Shown here in pieces: positions 45,336-54,709 of a stretch of 64,000 nucleotides of DNA. This stretch comes from Candidatus Woesearchaeota archaeon (GTDB lineage Archaea > Nanobdellota > Nanobdellia > Pacearchaeales > GW2011-AR1), in the NCBI GenBank assembly GCA_964544395.1, contig CAZJAO010000002.1, positions 5,071 to 69,070 of the forward strand. Reading direction: 5' to 3'. A program made the position numbers and the translations under genes. The notes under the pieces were generated by a model. That model was not told where the DNA came from and made no database searches. It was given only the letters and a program-made list of their open reading frames with translations. Within the stretch, counting starts at the first letter, position 1. Every line of letters begins with the position of its first letter.

Positions 45336-45934
45336 TATTTATTTTTCTCCTGTTTCTTTATTTTATTTTTGGCGACTATTCTTATATGTGTCCTCTTTCT
45401 TCTGACTGCACCAAACTTTCCGAATGGTCTTTCTCCAAGATTTGCAACAGCTTCAACGATGATTGGTTCTTCAATTCCATTCACGTTTGAATTTCCTTTC
45501 AAAGTTTTTAGCAATACGATGAAATGTTCAGCAGCATTTCTTGGATATCTTCCTGACATTATACCTTTTCCTTTTCTATGAGGTATCTCTCCTTTCATTG
45601 GAACAACTTTCTTTTGTACAATGACTAATTCTAAATCGCTGATTGCATCTTCAATGCTTTTATTCTTGATGAACTTGCAAACATAAGAGCTTGTCTTTGT
45701 TGAAAGGTGAGCATTGAATGAGTTCACAACTGCTTCTTTCTTAGGCTTTCTTGTTTCTTTCTTAGCTTCTTTTGCAGTTTCAGGCTTAGCTTTCTCGAGT
45801 TTCTTTTCTATTTGTTCATCTATTTTCTCTTCTTTCTCTGCAATTTTTTCCGGGACTCCGCTCCTCTCTATATCTTCGATTACCTGTTTCTTAGTTTCTT
45901 CTTTTTCTTCGTGTTTATGTTCGTGTTCTGCCAT
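45335..45934 (-). CDS. rpl22: 50S ribosomal protein L22 (uL22) with an N-terminal Lys/Glu-rich extension of about 70 aa.
   Basis: The C-terminal 130 aa carry the uL22 fold motifs (SYVCKFIKNKSIEDAI...GRYPRNAAEHF...RTHIRIV). The N-terminus is KEKE low complexity. Confidence 0.85.
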   Translation of the reverse strand: MAEHEHKHEEKEETKKQVIEDIERSGVPEKIAEKEEKIDEQIEKKLEKAKPETAKEAKKETRKPKKEAVVNSFNAHLSTKTSSYVCKFIKNKSIEDAISDLELVIVQKKVVPMKGEIPHRKGKGIMSGRYPRNAAEHFIVLLKTLKGNSNVNGIEEPIIVEAVANLGERPFGKFGAVRRKRTHIRIVAKNKIKKQEKNK

Positions 45935-45935
45935 G

Positions 45936-46283
45936 TTATATTCCGGCCTCCATTAATGCAGTATTAAAAAAATAATAGTTTTGCTCTGATGGCCAATAAG
46001 ATTTATCTAAAATTTTCTTTCTAATTCTTATATTTCCATCTTCAATTGAAATATCACTCGCATTATTTGCTCTGTTGACTGCCAAATGTCGAATAGATTT
46101 CCTTCCATCTTTTAAATCAACATCTCTGACTGCAAAATCGTAAAAAGATCCAATTGACCCGCAATAAAATGCTTTTAATTGTTCGCCGTTACATTCTATC
46201 TGAACAACATCTCCCCGTAAAAGCAAGGCTAAATCCTCTAACGTTTCTAACTTCTGTATCTTTGGTTGTGTTATTGTTGTCAT
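45936..46283 (-). CDS. Hypothetical protein of 115 aa embedded in the ribosomal operon between rps19 and rpl22.
   Basis: The ORF is intact and in operon polarity. It lies 2 nt after the rps19 stop and 1 nt before the rpl22 ATG. It shows no r-protein-like basic composition and no recognisable family. Confidence 0.45.
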   Translation of the reverse strand: MTTITQPKIQKLETLEDLALLLRGDVVQIECNGEQLKAFYCGSIGSFYDFAVRDVDLKDGRKSIRHLAVNRANNASDISIEDGNIRIRKKILDKSYWPSEQNYYFFNTALMEAGI

Positions 46284-46285
46284 TT

Positions 46286-46705
46286 TTATTTCTTGGATTT
46301 TGATTTACTTCCTTTAGTTGCTCCAACACCTGCACTTCCGTGCTTGACCTTTGTTCTTGTCAATGCAAATTCTCCAAGTCTGTGTCCGAGCATGTTTCCT
46401 GTTATTTCAATCGGCTCAAAGACTTTTCCAGTGTGAATGCTAATTCTCATGCCAACCATTTTTGGGACAATTACTAAATCTCTGCTATGAGTCTTGACCT
46501 GCTTGTTCTTTGAAATTTTCTTTTGCGATCTTGCAATGAACTTTTCTATTTCATTGAACTGTCTTAATGCTGCTCGTCTCTGTCTTGATTTGAGATATTG
46601 GGCAAATTCTCTGACTTCTAATGCTTTCAATTCATCGAGGCTCTTGCCTCTAAACATGAATTCTTTTTTCTTTACTTCAATTATATTCGTTTCTTCTTTT
46701 GCCAT
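46286..46705 (-). CDS. rps19: 30S ribosomal protein S19 (uS19)
   Basis: FMFRGKSLDELKAL...GMRISIHTGKVFEPIEITGNMLGHRLGEFALTR. Confidence 0.9.
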   Translation of the reverse strand: MAKEETNIIEVKKKEFMFRGKSLDELKALEVREFAQYLKSRQRRAALRQFNEIEKFIARSQKKISKNKQVKTHSRDLVIVPKMVGMRISIHTGKVFEPIEITGNMLGHRLGEFALTRTKVKHGSAGVGATKGSKSKSKK

Positions 46706-46707
46706 GG

Positions 46708-47412
46708 TTATTTCTTCCTACCTGTTCTCTTAGGTCTCAAATGTCCAACTCTTCTTCCAGGAGGAGCATTTCTCTTTGCAATCTTGCTCTTTGGATTCTT
46801 TCCTCTACCTGAACCGAAGTAGTGGTCTATTGCGTTGACTTTGATAGCAGATGTTCTCGGCCATATTCTTCCGCCTTTTGACTTCTTAATAAAATGTTGT
46901 TTTCCTGCTTTAATAATCGGCTTGTCTAGTCTTCCTGCGCCTGCAATTATTCCTAATACTGCCCTGCAGTTGGGATCAAATTGTCTTTCTTTCTTGGAAG
47001 GCATTAATACAAATATTTTCTCTCCAATAATCCTGCTGACTGTTCCATAATTTCCTGCAGTCTTGATAAATATTCCACCATCTCCAGGACGAGCCTCAAC
47101 ACAGTACAACTGTGTTTTGACCGGAAGGTCTTTCATTCTTAGAATATCTCCGGGTTTGTTATTTTCCGTTTTACCAAAATGAATTGTCTGACCTTCAATC
47201 ATCCCTTTGAATGCAGGCATAAAGAAAATTCCTTTGTCATATTTTATCTTTGCTAAAGGAGCAGAATGTCCAAGAGAATTAAGCAATTTTAAGACAACAC
47301 CATCACCATCAATCTGATTTGGATATTGGATTTTATATTTGAATGATTGTCTTTTAACTCTATATGAAAGACTTCCATGTCCTCGTGCCTGTGAAATAAT
47401 TCTTTTACCCAT
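46708..47412 (-). CDS. rpl2: 50S ribosomal protein L2 (uL2)
   Basis: GKRIISQARGHGS...GDGG...GRRVGHLRPKRTGRK. Confidence 0.9.
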   Translation of the reverse strand: MGKRIISQARGHGSLSYRVKRQSFKYKIQYPNQIDGDGVVLKLLNSLGHSAPLAKIKYDKGIFFMPAFKGMIEGQTIHFGKTENNKPGDILRMKDLPVKTQLYCVEARPGDGGIFIKTAGNYGTVSRIIGEKIFVLMPSKKERQFDPNCRAVLGIIAGAGRLDKPIIKAGKQHFIKKSKGGRIWPRTSAIKVNAIDHYFGSGRGKNPKSKIAKRNAPPGRRVGHLRPKRTGRKK

Positions 47413-47687
47413 TAGATCAACCCTAGCTTCGTCGCAATGTCAATTGCAGGATGCTTTGAATTTAATTTCACATAAGCGTATTTATTGCTGCTTCTAATCA
47501 TAACTCTAATTTTTTCAACTTTAACATCAAACAAACTTTCAACTTCTTTCTTGATTTGTTCTTTTGTCGCGCCAATTCCCATTTTGAAAGTTAAAACATT
47601 CTGTGCTTCAATCATCATAACAGCTTTCTCAGTAACCAAAGGTTTCATTTGCAATATATCCATTTTGTTTTCAGTTTTATTTTTCAT
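47412..47687 (-). CDS. rpl23: 50S ribosomal protein L23 (uL23)
   Basis: ILQMKPLVTEKAVMMIEAQNVLTFKMGIGATKEQIKKEVESLFDVKVEKI. Confidence 0.85.
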   Translation of the reverse strand: MKNKTENKMDILQMKPLVTEKAVMMIEAQNVLTFKMGIGATKEQIKKEVESLFDVKVEKIRVMIRSSNKYAYVKLNSKHPAIDIATKLGLI

Positions 47688-47730
47688 TATGCAAAACTCC
47701 AGTTTTGTATTTGTGTCGAACTTTGTTCAA

Positions 47731-48528
47731 TCATTTGATTCTCACTTCAAGATCTTTAATTGCTTTTTCAGTATACAATGTTAATCTGCCCAATCCGCCA
47801 TTTGCCAAATCTGCAAGGTCGACGCTGTTAGCCTTTCTTATATCAAAACCGTTCATCTCTAATTTCTCTTCATTGCCGATTACGATAAGTAATCCTGCGC
47901 TTTTCTTGTATTTTCTTCCTCTTGCTTTTCCTTTTCCGCTTCTTACACTTCTTTTCTGCAAGCCGACTTCGAAAAGTTGCTTTCCAAGTATTTTTTTAAG
48001 GCTCGAAATTAATTCTTTTGTTTTGCCGAATTTCAAATCAGAAACTATCAAAGGCAACTGATGCTCAATTTTTTCTTCGCGGAGTGTGCTGTATTTCTTT
48101 TTCAATTCTTCAACACTTGCAGTTGAACTTAATGCAGACAGTAATGCAATCTTCATTTCTTTTTTGTTTATCTTTGGAAGCTCCATCATTGACAAAATAT
48201 GCGGAGGATGCGCTCTCATTCCGCCTCTTGTTCCTGAAACTTCTGCTCCTACCCAATTGAATTGCGTTCCTCTTCTAGACATGATTTTTCTTGGAATTCT
48301 GGAACCACCTCTTCCATAACCGCTTCTCCATACATGTCTTCTATGATTAACTTTTCCTCTTGCTGCATGCTGCTTTCCAGCGACGGGTGAAGGTGAATAC
48401 GGCTGCTTTTTCTTTTTAGCTTCAAGTATCTTGGCAACAAGGTCTTCTCTTATTCTTGCAGAGAAGAAACTAGGCAAGTCAATTTCTTTTATGCTTTTTC
48501 CCTGATTATCTAATAAATGTGTTTTCAT
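47731..48528 (-). CDS. rpl4: 50S ribosomal protein L4 (uL4/L1e)
   Basis: PSPVAGKQHAARGKVNHRRHVWRSGYGRGGSRIPRK. Confidence 0.85.
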   Translation of the reverse strand: MKTHLLDNQGKSIKEIDLPSFFSARIREDLVAKILEAKKKKQPYSPSPVAGKQHAARGKVNHRRHVWRSGYGRGGSRIPRKIMSRRGTQFNWVGAEVSGTRGGMRAHPPHILSMMELPKINKKEMKIALLSALSSTASVEELKKKYSTLREEKIEHQLPLIVSDLKFGKTKELISSLKKILGKQLFEVGLQKRSVRSGKGKARGRKYKKSAGLLIVIGNEEKLEMNGFDIRKANSVDLADLANGGLGRLTLYTEKAIKDLEVRIK

Positions 48529-48830
48529 TGTGTGTAATATCTCCTTTTAACTCTTTCTTTAAGAATATCTGCTGCAACACTCTCAACGGTATGAACCCTG
48601 AATAGTTTCATAATGCCCTCAAAAGTATTAATATGGATTCCTGAACCTGCTTTTTTTTGTCTCTCATACTTATTATTGTATGTATTAGTAAATAGTAGCT
48701 CATCTAATTCATCACTATTCATTGCATCATCATCTGTTTTTGAAGAAGCCATTTTTACATATGCTTTTCTATCTATTACATAAACTCCTTGCCTGTTCAA
48801 CATCATTGGTATAGTGTCTAAATTTTTCAT
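48525..48830 (-). CDS. Hypothetical protein of 101 aa embedded between rpl3 and rpl4.
   Basis: Its ATG overlaps the rpl3 TGA (ATGA at 48827-48830). Its TGA overlaps the rpl4 ATG (ATGA at 48525-48528). No recognisable family. It is not S10-like. Confidence 0.45.
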   Translation of the reverse strand: MKNLDTIPMMLNRQGVYVIDRKAYVKMASSKTDDDAMNSDELDELLFTNTYNNKYERQKKAGSGIHINTFEGIMKLFRVHTVESVAADILKERVKRRYYTQ

Positions 48831-49777
48831 CTTAACTCCAAAAGCTGGAAATCTTTCTTAGCCTGTTTTTTAGTTTCTCTGAAAGAAGGAGTAATTAATA
48901 GCTGTCTTTTTGCTGGTCCTGAAACAGAACCTCTTACAAGAATGTAATCTGTTTTCACGTCGCCGAAATTCTTGATGTTCTTGAAAACCGTTTTTTCTGA
49001 ATTTCCCAAATCAACTATCTTATTGTTATAAACAACTCTTGTGAACATTCCAAGCTGTCCTGCCATTGGTGCTCTGAAAGTAACTCTTGCTGGATGCCAT
49101 GGGCCTAAACTTCCTGGTCTTCTTTGTCCCTTTTCTGATTTGTGTGATTTTAATGTAATTCCAAATCTCTTAACAGGTCCCTGCAATCCTTTTCCTTTTG
49201 TCAATCCTCTTAAATCAATTAATTTTCCTCTCTCGAAAATATCAAGAGCAGAAATTTCTTTGTGAAGATTTGCTTTGATGAAATTAATCTTGTCTTCAAG
49301 ACTTCCAACCAGACTAACTTCACTCAAATCAGGCGTTTTTTTGATTCCTGTAGTTTTAACAACAGAGAAGATGATAACTCTGACATCATCATATTCATTG
49401 GCATGCTCAAGATGTTCATGATTAGTTTCTTTTTTAGGAAGCTTTACTACTTTCTTTAATTCTTTGTCAAGATTCTTTGCAAGAACTTCTTTAGCAACAA
49501 TTCCGTTTTTGTAGAATCTTACTGAGAAAATCTTATTTTTTGGGCATTCAAGGATTGTTAAAGGAACAATTATTTTCTTTCCTTTAGTCATAGAATCAGG
49601 AGTATTATCAAGAACGAATCCAGAAATCATTCCTGCCTTGTAGCATATAAATCCTCTAAGTCCTTTCGTAGAATCTTTTTTTATTGTGCTCCAGTTAACA
49701 CTAGGTAAGAATTTATTGGCTCGCTTTCTGGGCCAAAATTGCAAACTTCCGCTTCTTGGTTTTCTTGCTGTAGGCAT
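48827..49777 (-). CDS. rpl3: 50S ribosomal protein L3 (uL3)
   Basis: RKPRSGSLQFWPRKRA...FICYKAGM...GKGLQGPVKRFG. Confidence 0.9.
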   Translation of the reverse strand: MPTARKPRSGSLQFWPRKRANKFLPSVNWSTIKKDSTKGLRGFICYKAGMISGFVLDNTPDSMTKGKKIIVPLTILECPKNKIFSVRFYKNGIVAKEVLAKNLDKELKKVVKLPKKETNHEHLEHANEYDDVRVIIFSVVKTTGIKKTPDLSEVSLVGSLEDKINFIKANLHKEISALDIFERGKLIDLRGLTKGKGLQGPVKRFGITLKSHKSEKGQRRPGSLGPWHPARVTFRAPMAGQLGMFTRVVYNNKIVDLGNSEKTVFKNIKNFGDVKTDYILVRGSVSGPAKRQLLITPSFRETKKQAKKDFQLLELR

Positions 49778-49877
49778 TTCTCATTATTGTAGCGAAGAAC
49801 ATTTTACTTTACCCTGGAATATATTCTTAGAGAAAAATTGATTTATAAATTGTTCGGTGAAGGAGGAAGAGATTCAA

Positions 49878-50345
49878 TTAAGGCGAAAAAGACTTTAACC
49901 ATTCCAGATATCGGGGAGCCTCCGGGCTGTTTTCAGCCGGAGCCCAGGGTGCAAAATCTTTGTGGGTTAAAGAATCATATTTTCCTTCAATAATTTCATA
50001 GACTACTGCTTCTGGCGATATAACTGCAACACCATGCCAGGTTCTCGGAGGAATTTCGACTATCCTATCTTTTCCGGATTCCTCGAGTAAAACTTTTTGT
50101 TCTATTTCTCCAACGTCATTAAAGGTAAAAATAGCCATTTTCCCGTAGAGAATTGAAAATAATTCAATCTTATCCGGGTTTTCATGTTTATGTGGCTGAA
50201 AATAAGTATCAGACAGGCCAGCATTGATCATTCTTTGAAGAACTTCATCCGGCTGATGGAAACAATAAATTGCCCTTTTTCTGGGCGATGTCCTTGCTTT
50301 TTGTAGTGTTTCCTCTAAAATCTTAGGGGTTAATGTTACTATCAT
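49878..50345 (-). CDS. Cupin-fold metalloprotein (WbuC-like)
   Basis: About 155 aa with a His-rich cupin core (FHQPDE...HKHENPDKIELFSILYGK...WHGV). Confidence 0.35.
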   Translation of the reverse strand: MIVTLTPKILEETLQKARTSPRKRAIYCFHQPDEVLQRMINAGLSDTYFQPHKHENPDKIELFSILYGKMAIFTFNDVGEIEQKVLLEESGKDRIVEIPPRTWHGVAVISPEAVVYEIIEGKYDSLTHKDFAPWAPAENSPEAPRYLEWLKSFSP

Positions 50346-50402
50346 AACCTAACTTTTGTAAATATTCTTATAAATCTTGTGATGTTGTAATCTTTATCTT
50401 TT

Positions 50403-51110
50403 TTAAGCTTCAAAATTAACTTCCTTCTTCATCTTCTCGCCATCAATATTCGCTTCCCGTATAATTTTGCCCTTTCTCTTCGATTCTTCTCGAACCAACA
50501 GGAAATCTTCCGACTTCTTCAAAGATTCTGGAACCTCTATACTTTCTATAACATAAGTGTGTTTTATGTCTGCTTTTTTGAAATCCTCTTTTTCAAATAC
50601 AAACCCCTTTCCAATAGCAGCATCAGTTGTAATGACCTTGCAGAAATTTACCTTTTGTTCTCCATCCTCTTTGTTTTTCGGCTTTCCGGATTTCGGAGCT
50701 TTTGGCTTTATTTTAAGCTCGGTATCATCTGTTTTGAAACTTAATGCAAAGAAGGCTTTTGGGAATTCATTAAGCAATTTCAAAATTTCTTCACCGCTCA
50801 TGTCCTTGTCAATTGAATAGTTCTTTACTCCTTGGAATTGCTTCTTGGTTTTGAAATCCAGCTTTCCGGTTAAATCGCTTGTTGAAATGACTGAACCCGT
50901 TATTTTTGTTTTCTTCTCTCCCAATTTTACCGCATTTTCTCTTACAAGTTCATTTGCAAATTCTGCATCAGTAAAGATAGTGTATTTATTTCTTATTTTT
51001 TTCGCGCTGATTAAAGCCTTGTAGGGGAAGGTTCCTCGGCTGTATTTTTGAAATTGCAGATGAACGAGGGAGTCTGATTTGTTTAAAAAAATCTTTTCTA
51101 TGAAATTCAT
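50403..51110 (-). CDS. Hypothetical protein of 235 aa, Lys-rich, function unknown.
   Basis: Intact ORF with no recognisable family signature. Confidence 0.35.
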   Translation of the reverse strand: MNFIEKIFLNKSDSLVHLQFQKYSRGTFPYKALISAKKIRNKYTIFTDAEFANELVRENAVKLGEKKTKITGSVISTSDLTGKLDFKTKKQFQGVKNYSIDKDMSGEEILKLLNEFPKAFFALSFKTDDTELKIKPKAPKSGKPKNKEDGEQKVNFCKVITTDAAIGKGFVFEKEDFKKADIKHTYVIESIEVPESLKKSEDFLLVREESKRKGKIIREANIDGEKMKKEVNFEA

Positions 51111-51163
51111 ATCACTTATTGTAAAACTTCTCTTTTAAATTTTATCTAAAAACCTTTATAAAT

Positions 51164-52225
51164 TTGCGACTTCTTTTAAGAATACAAAAGATGGAAAAGA
51201 ATTATCTTAATGATATTGTTGTCGCTGCTGTCTTGATATTATTGTCTATTTTGGCATTTCTTTTACTGAAACCGATATTATTTTCAATAATCTTTGGGTT
51301 CATCTTGGTATTTATTTTTGCTCCTTTGTATAATCTTTTGTATAAGAAACTTAAGTCAAAAAATTGGACTGCAATTCTTATTACAATTCTCCTGATTATA
51401 GTTATAGTTGTTCCGTTAATCTTTCTCATTCCATTTATCGTCGGTCAGGCAATAAAGATATTCACTTTCGCTCAGCAGATAGATTTTGTCACAATCTTGG
51501 ATAAGCTATTCCCCTCCTTGGCAAGTTCTGATGCCCTAACAGCACAAATTGATTCCGTGCTTCATTCATTCATAACAAATCTCACCTCGGGAATGGTAAA
51601 TACAGTTTCAAACTTCTTAATAAATATTCCAACAACCTTATTGCAATTGACTGTTGTCTTGTTCACTTTCTTTTTTACAATAAGAGATAAAAGCGAATTT
51701 ATTGAATACCTTAAAACAATTCTTCCTTTCTCAAAAGATGTTCAGGAAAGACTTTTGAAAGCAACAAAGGACGTTACAATTTCTGTGCTCTATGGGCAGA
51801 TTATAATCGGTTTTGTTCAGGGTTTGGTTGCAGGATTAGGATTTTTCTTGTTCGGAGCTCCAAGTGCATTATTATTTATGATTTTAGCAATAGTCGCAGG
51901 AGTTCTGCCGATTGTCGGTCCATCGATAGTCTGGATACCTATGGCGGTTTATCTTCTCGCGACAGGAAATAATGTTGCTAGCCTAGGTGTTGTAATCTTT
52001 GGTATTGCCTCAATAGTTGTTGATAATATACTAAGACCGATAGTAATTTCGAAAAGAGCTAGAATGAACTCGTTGCTTGCTTTGCTTGGAACTATAGGGG
52101 GGCTTGTCTTTTTTGGAATAATTGGATTAGTTCTCGGTCCTTTGATAATTGCTTATTTGATAATCTTCATTGAAATTTATAAAAATAAAAGATTCTCTGG
52201 TACGTTGATAAAACCTGAAGAATAA
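51164..52225 (+). CDS. AI-2E family transporter (PerM/UPF0118)
   Basis: About 8 TM helices across 353 aa. The N-terminal pattern (LLKPILFSIIFGFILVFIFAPLYNLL) is typical of the family. Confidence 0.5.
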   Translation: MRLLLRIQKMEKNYLNDIVVAAVLILLSILAFLLLKPILFSIIFGFILVFIFAPLYNLLYKKLKSKNWTAILITILLIIVIVVPLIFLIPFIVGQAIKIFTFAQQIDFVTILDKLFPSLASSDALTAQIDSVLHSFITNLTSGMVNTVSNFLINIPTTLLQLTVVLFTFFFTIRDKSEFIEYLKTILPFSKDVQERLLKATKDVTISVLYGQIIIGFVQGLVAGLGFFLFGAPSALLFMILAIVAGVLPIVGPSIVWIPMAVYLLATGNNVASLGVVIFGIASIVVDNILRPIVISKRARMNSLLALLGTIGGLVFFGIIGLVLGPLIIAYLIIFIEIYKNKRFSGTLIKPEE

Positions 52226-52263
52226 TTACTTAAATTTTTAAACTTCTAATATCTCGCTTTTTA

Positions 52264-52542
52264 ATGGCAGAAGGCTATAGGAAGGAATTTGTAGAGCATT
52301 TGAAGAGAACACTTTCTAAAGGATATAAAGAAGAATCTCTGAGATGGGCTTTGCTTGGGCAGGGATATTCAGACACGGTTATTGATAGGGCAATGAAACA
52401 AGCAATAAAAGAATTATCCGATGAGGACAAGGCAAAATTTGAAAAAGAAAAGCCAAAAATAACTTACAAAGTCTACGATGAAAATAACAAGCAGGTAAAG
52501 TTCAAAGAGCCTTTCTGGAAGAGAATATTTGGACACAAATAA
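52264..52542 (+). CDS. Hypothetical protein of 92 aa.
   Basis: Intact ORF with a plausible start. No family assignment. Confidence 0.3.
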   Translation: MAEGYRKEFVEHLKRTLSKGYKEESLRWALLGQGYSDTVIDRAMKQAIKELSDEDKAKFEKEKPKITYKVYDENNKQVKFKEPFWKRIFGHK

Positions 52543-52588
52543 TTCCAAAGCTTTTTTAATGCATTCTTATTCTAAAATTTAACAAAAG

Positions 52589-52668
52589 GCCTCCGTCGCA
52601 TAATGGTATTGCACCGGTCTTGAGAACCGGGCTCTTTGAGCCTCCAGGTTCGATTCCTGGCGGGGGCG
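52589..52668 (+). tRNA. tRNA-Ser (anticodon TGA), class II
   Basis: Acceptor GCCTCCG/CGGGGGC. Anticodon arm CCGGT-CTTGAGA-ACCGG. Variable stem-loop GCTC-TTT-GAGC. T-arm CCAGG-TTCGATT-CCTGG. Confidence 0.85.
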
Positions 52669-52779
52669 TTTATATTCTTAATAAAAACACTTATTAAGTT
52701 TTATTTTATATATTATTAAAAGAGATATTAAATTATAAAAAGTCTTGACGATACCTATGGTTAACATCAATGTTGTTAT

Positions 52780-54702
52780 TTAATATTCAAACTCTTTCAA
52801 TACTCTAACATCTGGGCTTAAAAGATAAACATGGTCCTCTTTGAACCTTAATCCCCTATAAACTTTCTGCAGTAAATCTCTTTTTGCCTTGTCTCTGTAA
52901 AATTCCCAATATTGATTTGGATTTGTCTGATTTAATATTTTCCAGAACGGCTCGGAGGGATTAGGATTAGGGTACTTAGTGAATACGATGCTATTGCACT
53001 GCTCTCCGGGGAAATCAACTCCTCTTGCACATTTAGTCGTGAATAAAACATCTATGTCTCCATTCTTGAATTTGTCAATCATTATTCCTCCTTTATCTTC
53101 TTCCTGAATTTCTTTCAAATTTTCTCTGCTTGTCAAGTTTTTGAGATTCAAATCCTCTATTTCGAATTCAGAGGGCAAATCCGTAAATGCGCTGACATGG
53201 ATCAGTGTCGGCTTCTTTGCAATTTCAACGCACTTGTCAAGAGCTTTTAGATAATCTCCTCTGGAGAACTTTCCACTTTTGAAATTATCATATTTGCAAT
53301 CAAATTCCAACCCGGTTCTGAGAATATCTATCTCCCCTGGCTGTTCAGTTTCTGCGTCTATAATTTTAAAATCATCAAGTCCAAATATTTCCCTCATAAT
53401 CTTTTCAGTATGCAATGTCCCAGAAAGCAAAATAAGAATTTTATTTTTGTCAAGCATCTCTTTGAATTTTTTTGAAAGATTTGTGGTGACAATGCTTGCA
53501 ATTAATGTTCCTTCTTTTCTTGAATAAATAACATAAGATTCATCAAGAAAATCCTCAAACATTCTCGCGGTTTCTTCAATTTCAAAAAGATAGCTTTCCT
53601 CATCCAATTCGTTAACCAATGCTTCTGAATCCAAAAATATTCTTATCAAATCATAAATTCCTGTTTTCTTTAGAGGGATAACTGTATCGAGGTTTTCATT
53701 TACTTGCTTATTGACTTTGATATAGCCAATAATATTGCTGATATCTTCAATAACTTCCATTGAGCCTTCGCTTGTTCCCGCGAATTTTACCAATGAACTT
53801 TGCAGTCGTTCAATGTTGATATTCCTCTGATTTGTAAAACTGTCCAAAAATTCATCACATTCGTCAACAATTTCGGCTTCGGTAACCGGCTTTCTTTTCA
53901 GCGCGGTTTCTAATTTGTATTTCAATGAATTAAAGACGATAACATCTGAATCAATGTAAGAATTAAACTGCTCATAAAAACTGCAACCAGGTTTTCTCTG
54001 ATAGATTACAAATTTTGTATTATCCAATCCCATGTAAGTCCTTTTGTTTCTACAATCAAGATTTTTCAAATCATAAATTTCAGGAAGGACCGGTGACCAA
54101 TAAGGACAGACACTGGCGAGTGGCGGTCTTTTTATGTCGCTTATCTGATCTATATTTTTCAGATTGATATTTTTATTTTTCTTTAGATATTCAATTATCT
54201 TGTTCCAGTTCTTTTCTTTAATTTCTATCTTGCATGGAATATCCTGATTATCGGCTGATTTGTCCCGTCTCTTTTTATTTTCAATTTCTTCTCTCTTGAA
54301 TTCAAAAATATCATTAAGTTTGGAATTTATCTCCCGCTTGATTTCTGGTATTGAAAATTCTTTATCTTTAATGAAAGCGCATTCATGATTATTCCTTCCG
54401 GTTATGACACTTATCTTCAATCTTTCTTTATTGTCTTTCAGCAAATATTTCCCATTCTCATAATCTTTCTTGTATTGATTCTGAAGATTTTTTCCCGGAA
54501 CAATAATGGATGTCTTTCCCAAATCTTTTGCTATGTTCAAAGCAATCGCACTTTTTCCTGTTCCGCACATTCCTCTTATGAAAATAACTCTTGTTCCTTG
54601 CTTAATCAAACCGAGAACTTCATTTACGACATCCTCCTGCGTTTTCCCGTTTGAGAATTTCAATGGTTTGAGAAATTCTGAATTATTGTATAGGCTCCAC
54701 AT
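52780..54702 (-). CDS. Rad3/XPD/DinG-family ATP-dependent helicase, divergent.
   Basis: Walker A GMCGTGKS. A Cys-containing insert includes a WCPY-like motif (VCPYW), as in the XPD FeS domain. The C-terminal helicase motif is VLFTTKCARGVDFPGEQCNSIVFTKYPNPNP (the Helicase_C_2 pattern). Confidence 0.45.
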   Translation of the reverse strand: MWSLYNNSEFLKPLKFSNGKTQEDVVNEVLGLIKQGTRVIFIRGMCGTGKSAIALNIAKDLGKTSIIVPGKNLQNQYKKDYENGKYLLKDNKERLKISVITGRNNHECAFIKDKEFSIPEIKREINSKLNDIFEFKREEIENKKRRDKSADNQDIPCKIEIKEKNWNKIIEYLKKNKNINLKNIDQISDIKRPPLASVCPYWSPVLPEIYDLKNLDCRNKRTYMGLDNTKFVIYQRKPGCSFYEQFNSYIDSDVIVFNSLKYKLETALKRKPVTEAEIVDECDEFLDSFTNQRNINIERLQSSLVKFAGTSEGSMEVIEDISNIIGYIKVNKQVNENLDTVIPLKKTGIYDLIRIFLDSEALVNELDEESYLFEIEETARMFEDFLDESYVIYSRKEGTLIASIVTTNLSKKFKEMLDKNKILILLSGTLHTEKIMREIFGLDDFKIIDAETEQPGEIDILRTGLEFDCKYDNFKSGKFSRGDYLKALDKCVEIAKKPTLIHVSAFTDLPSEFEIEDLNLKNLTSRENLKEIQEEDKGGIMIDKFKNGDIDVLFTTKCARGVDFPGEQCNSIVFTKYPNPNPSEPFWKILNQTNPNQYWEFYRDKAKRDLLQKVYRGLRFKEDHVYLLSPDVRVLKEFEY

Positions 54703-54709
54703 TTTTATA

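Noticed and set aside
48525-48830. The possibility that the rpl3/rpl4-embedded ORF is ribosomal protein S10.
   Set aside because: It lacks the uS10 hallmarks (IRLxxxD...GPIPLPT...hKRLIDI). The composition and length are similar, but no motif matches.
38036-49459. Numerous plus-strand ORFs of 60-170 aa across the ribosomal operon (for example 38245-38508, 38814-39184, 40052-40324, 40584-40934, 41284-42098, 42022-42704, 43054-43852, 45060-45956, 46494-47050, 47485-48319 and 49041-49459).
   Set aside because: All are antisense to confidently identified minus-strand r-protein genes and lack family signatures. They are treated as shadow ORFs.
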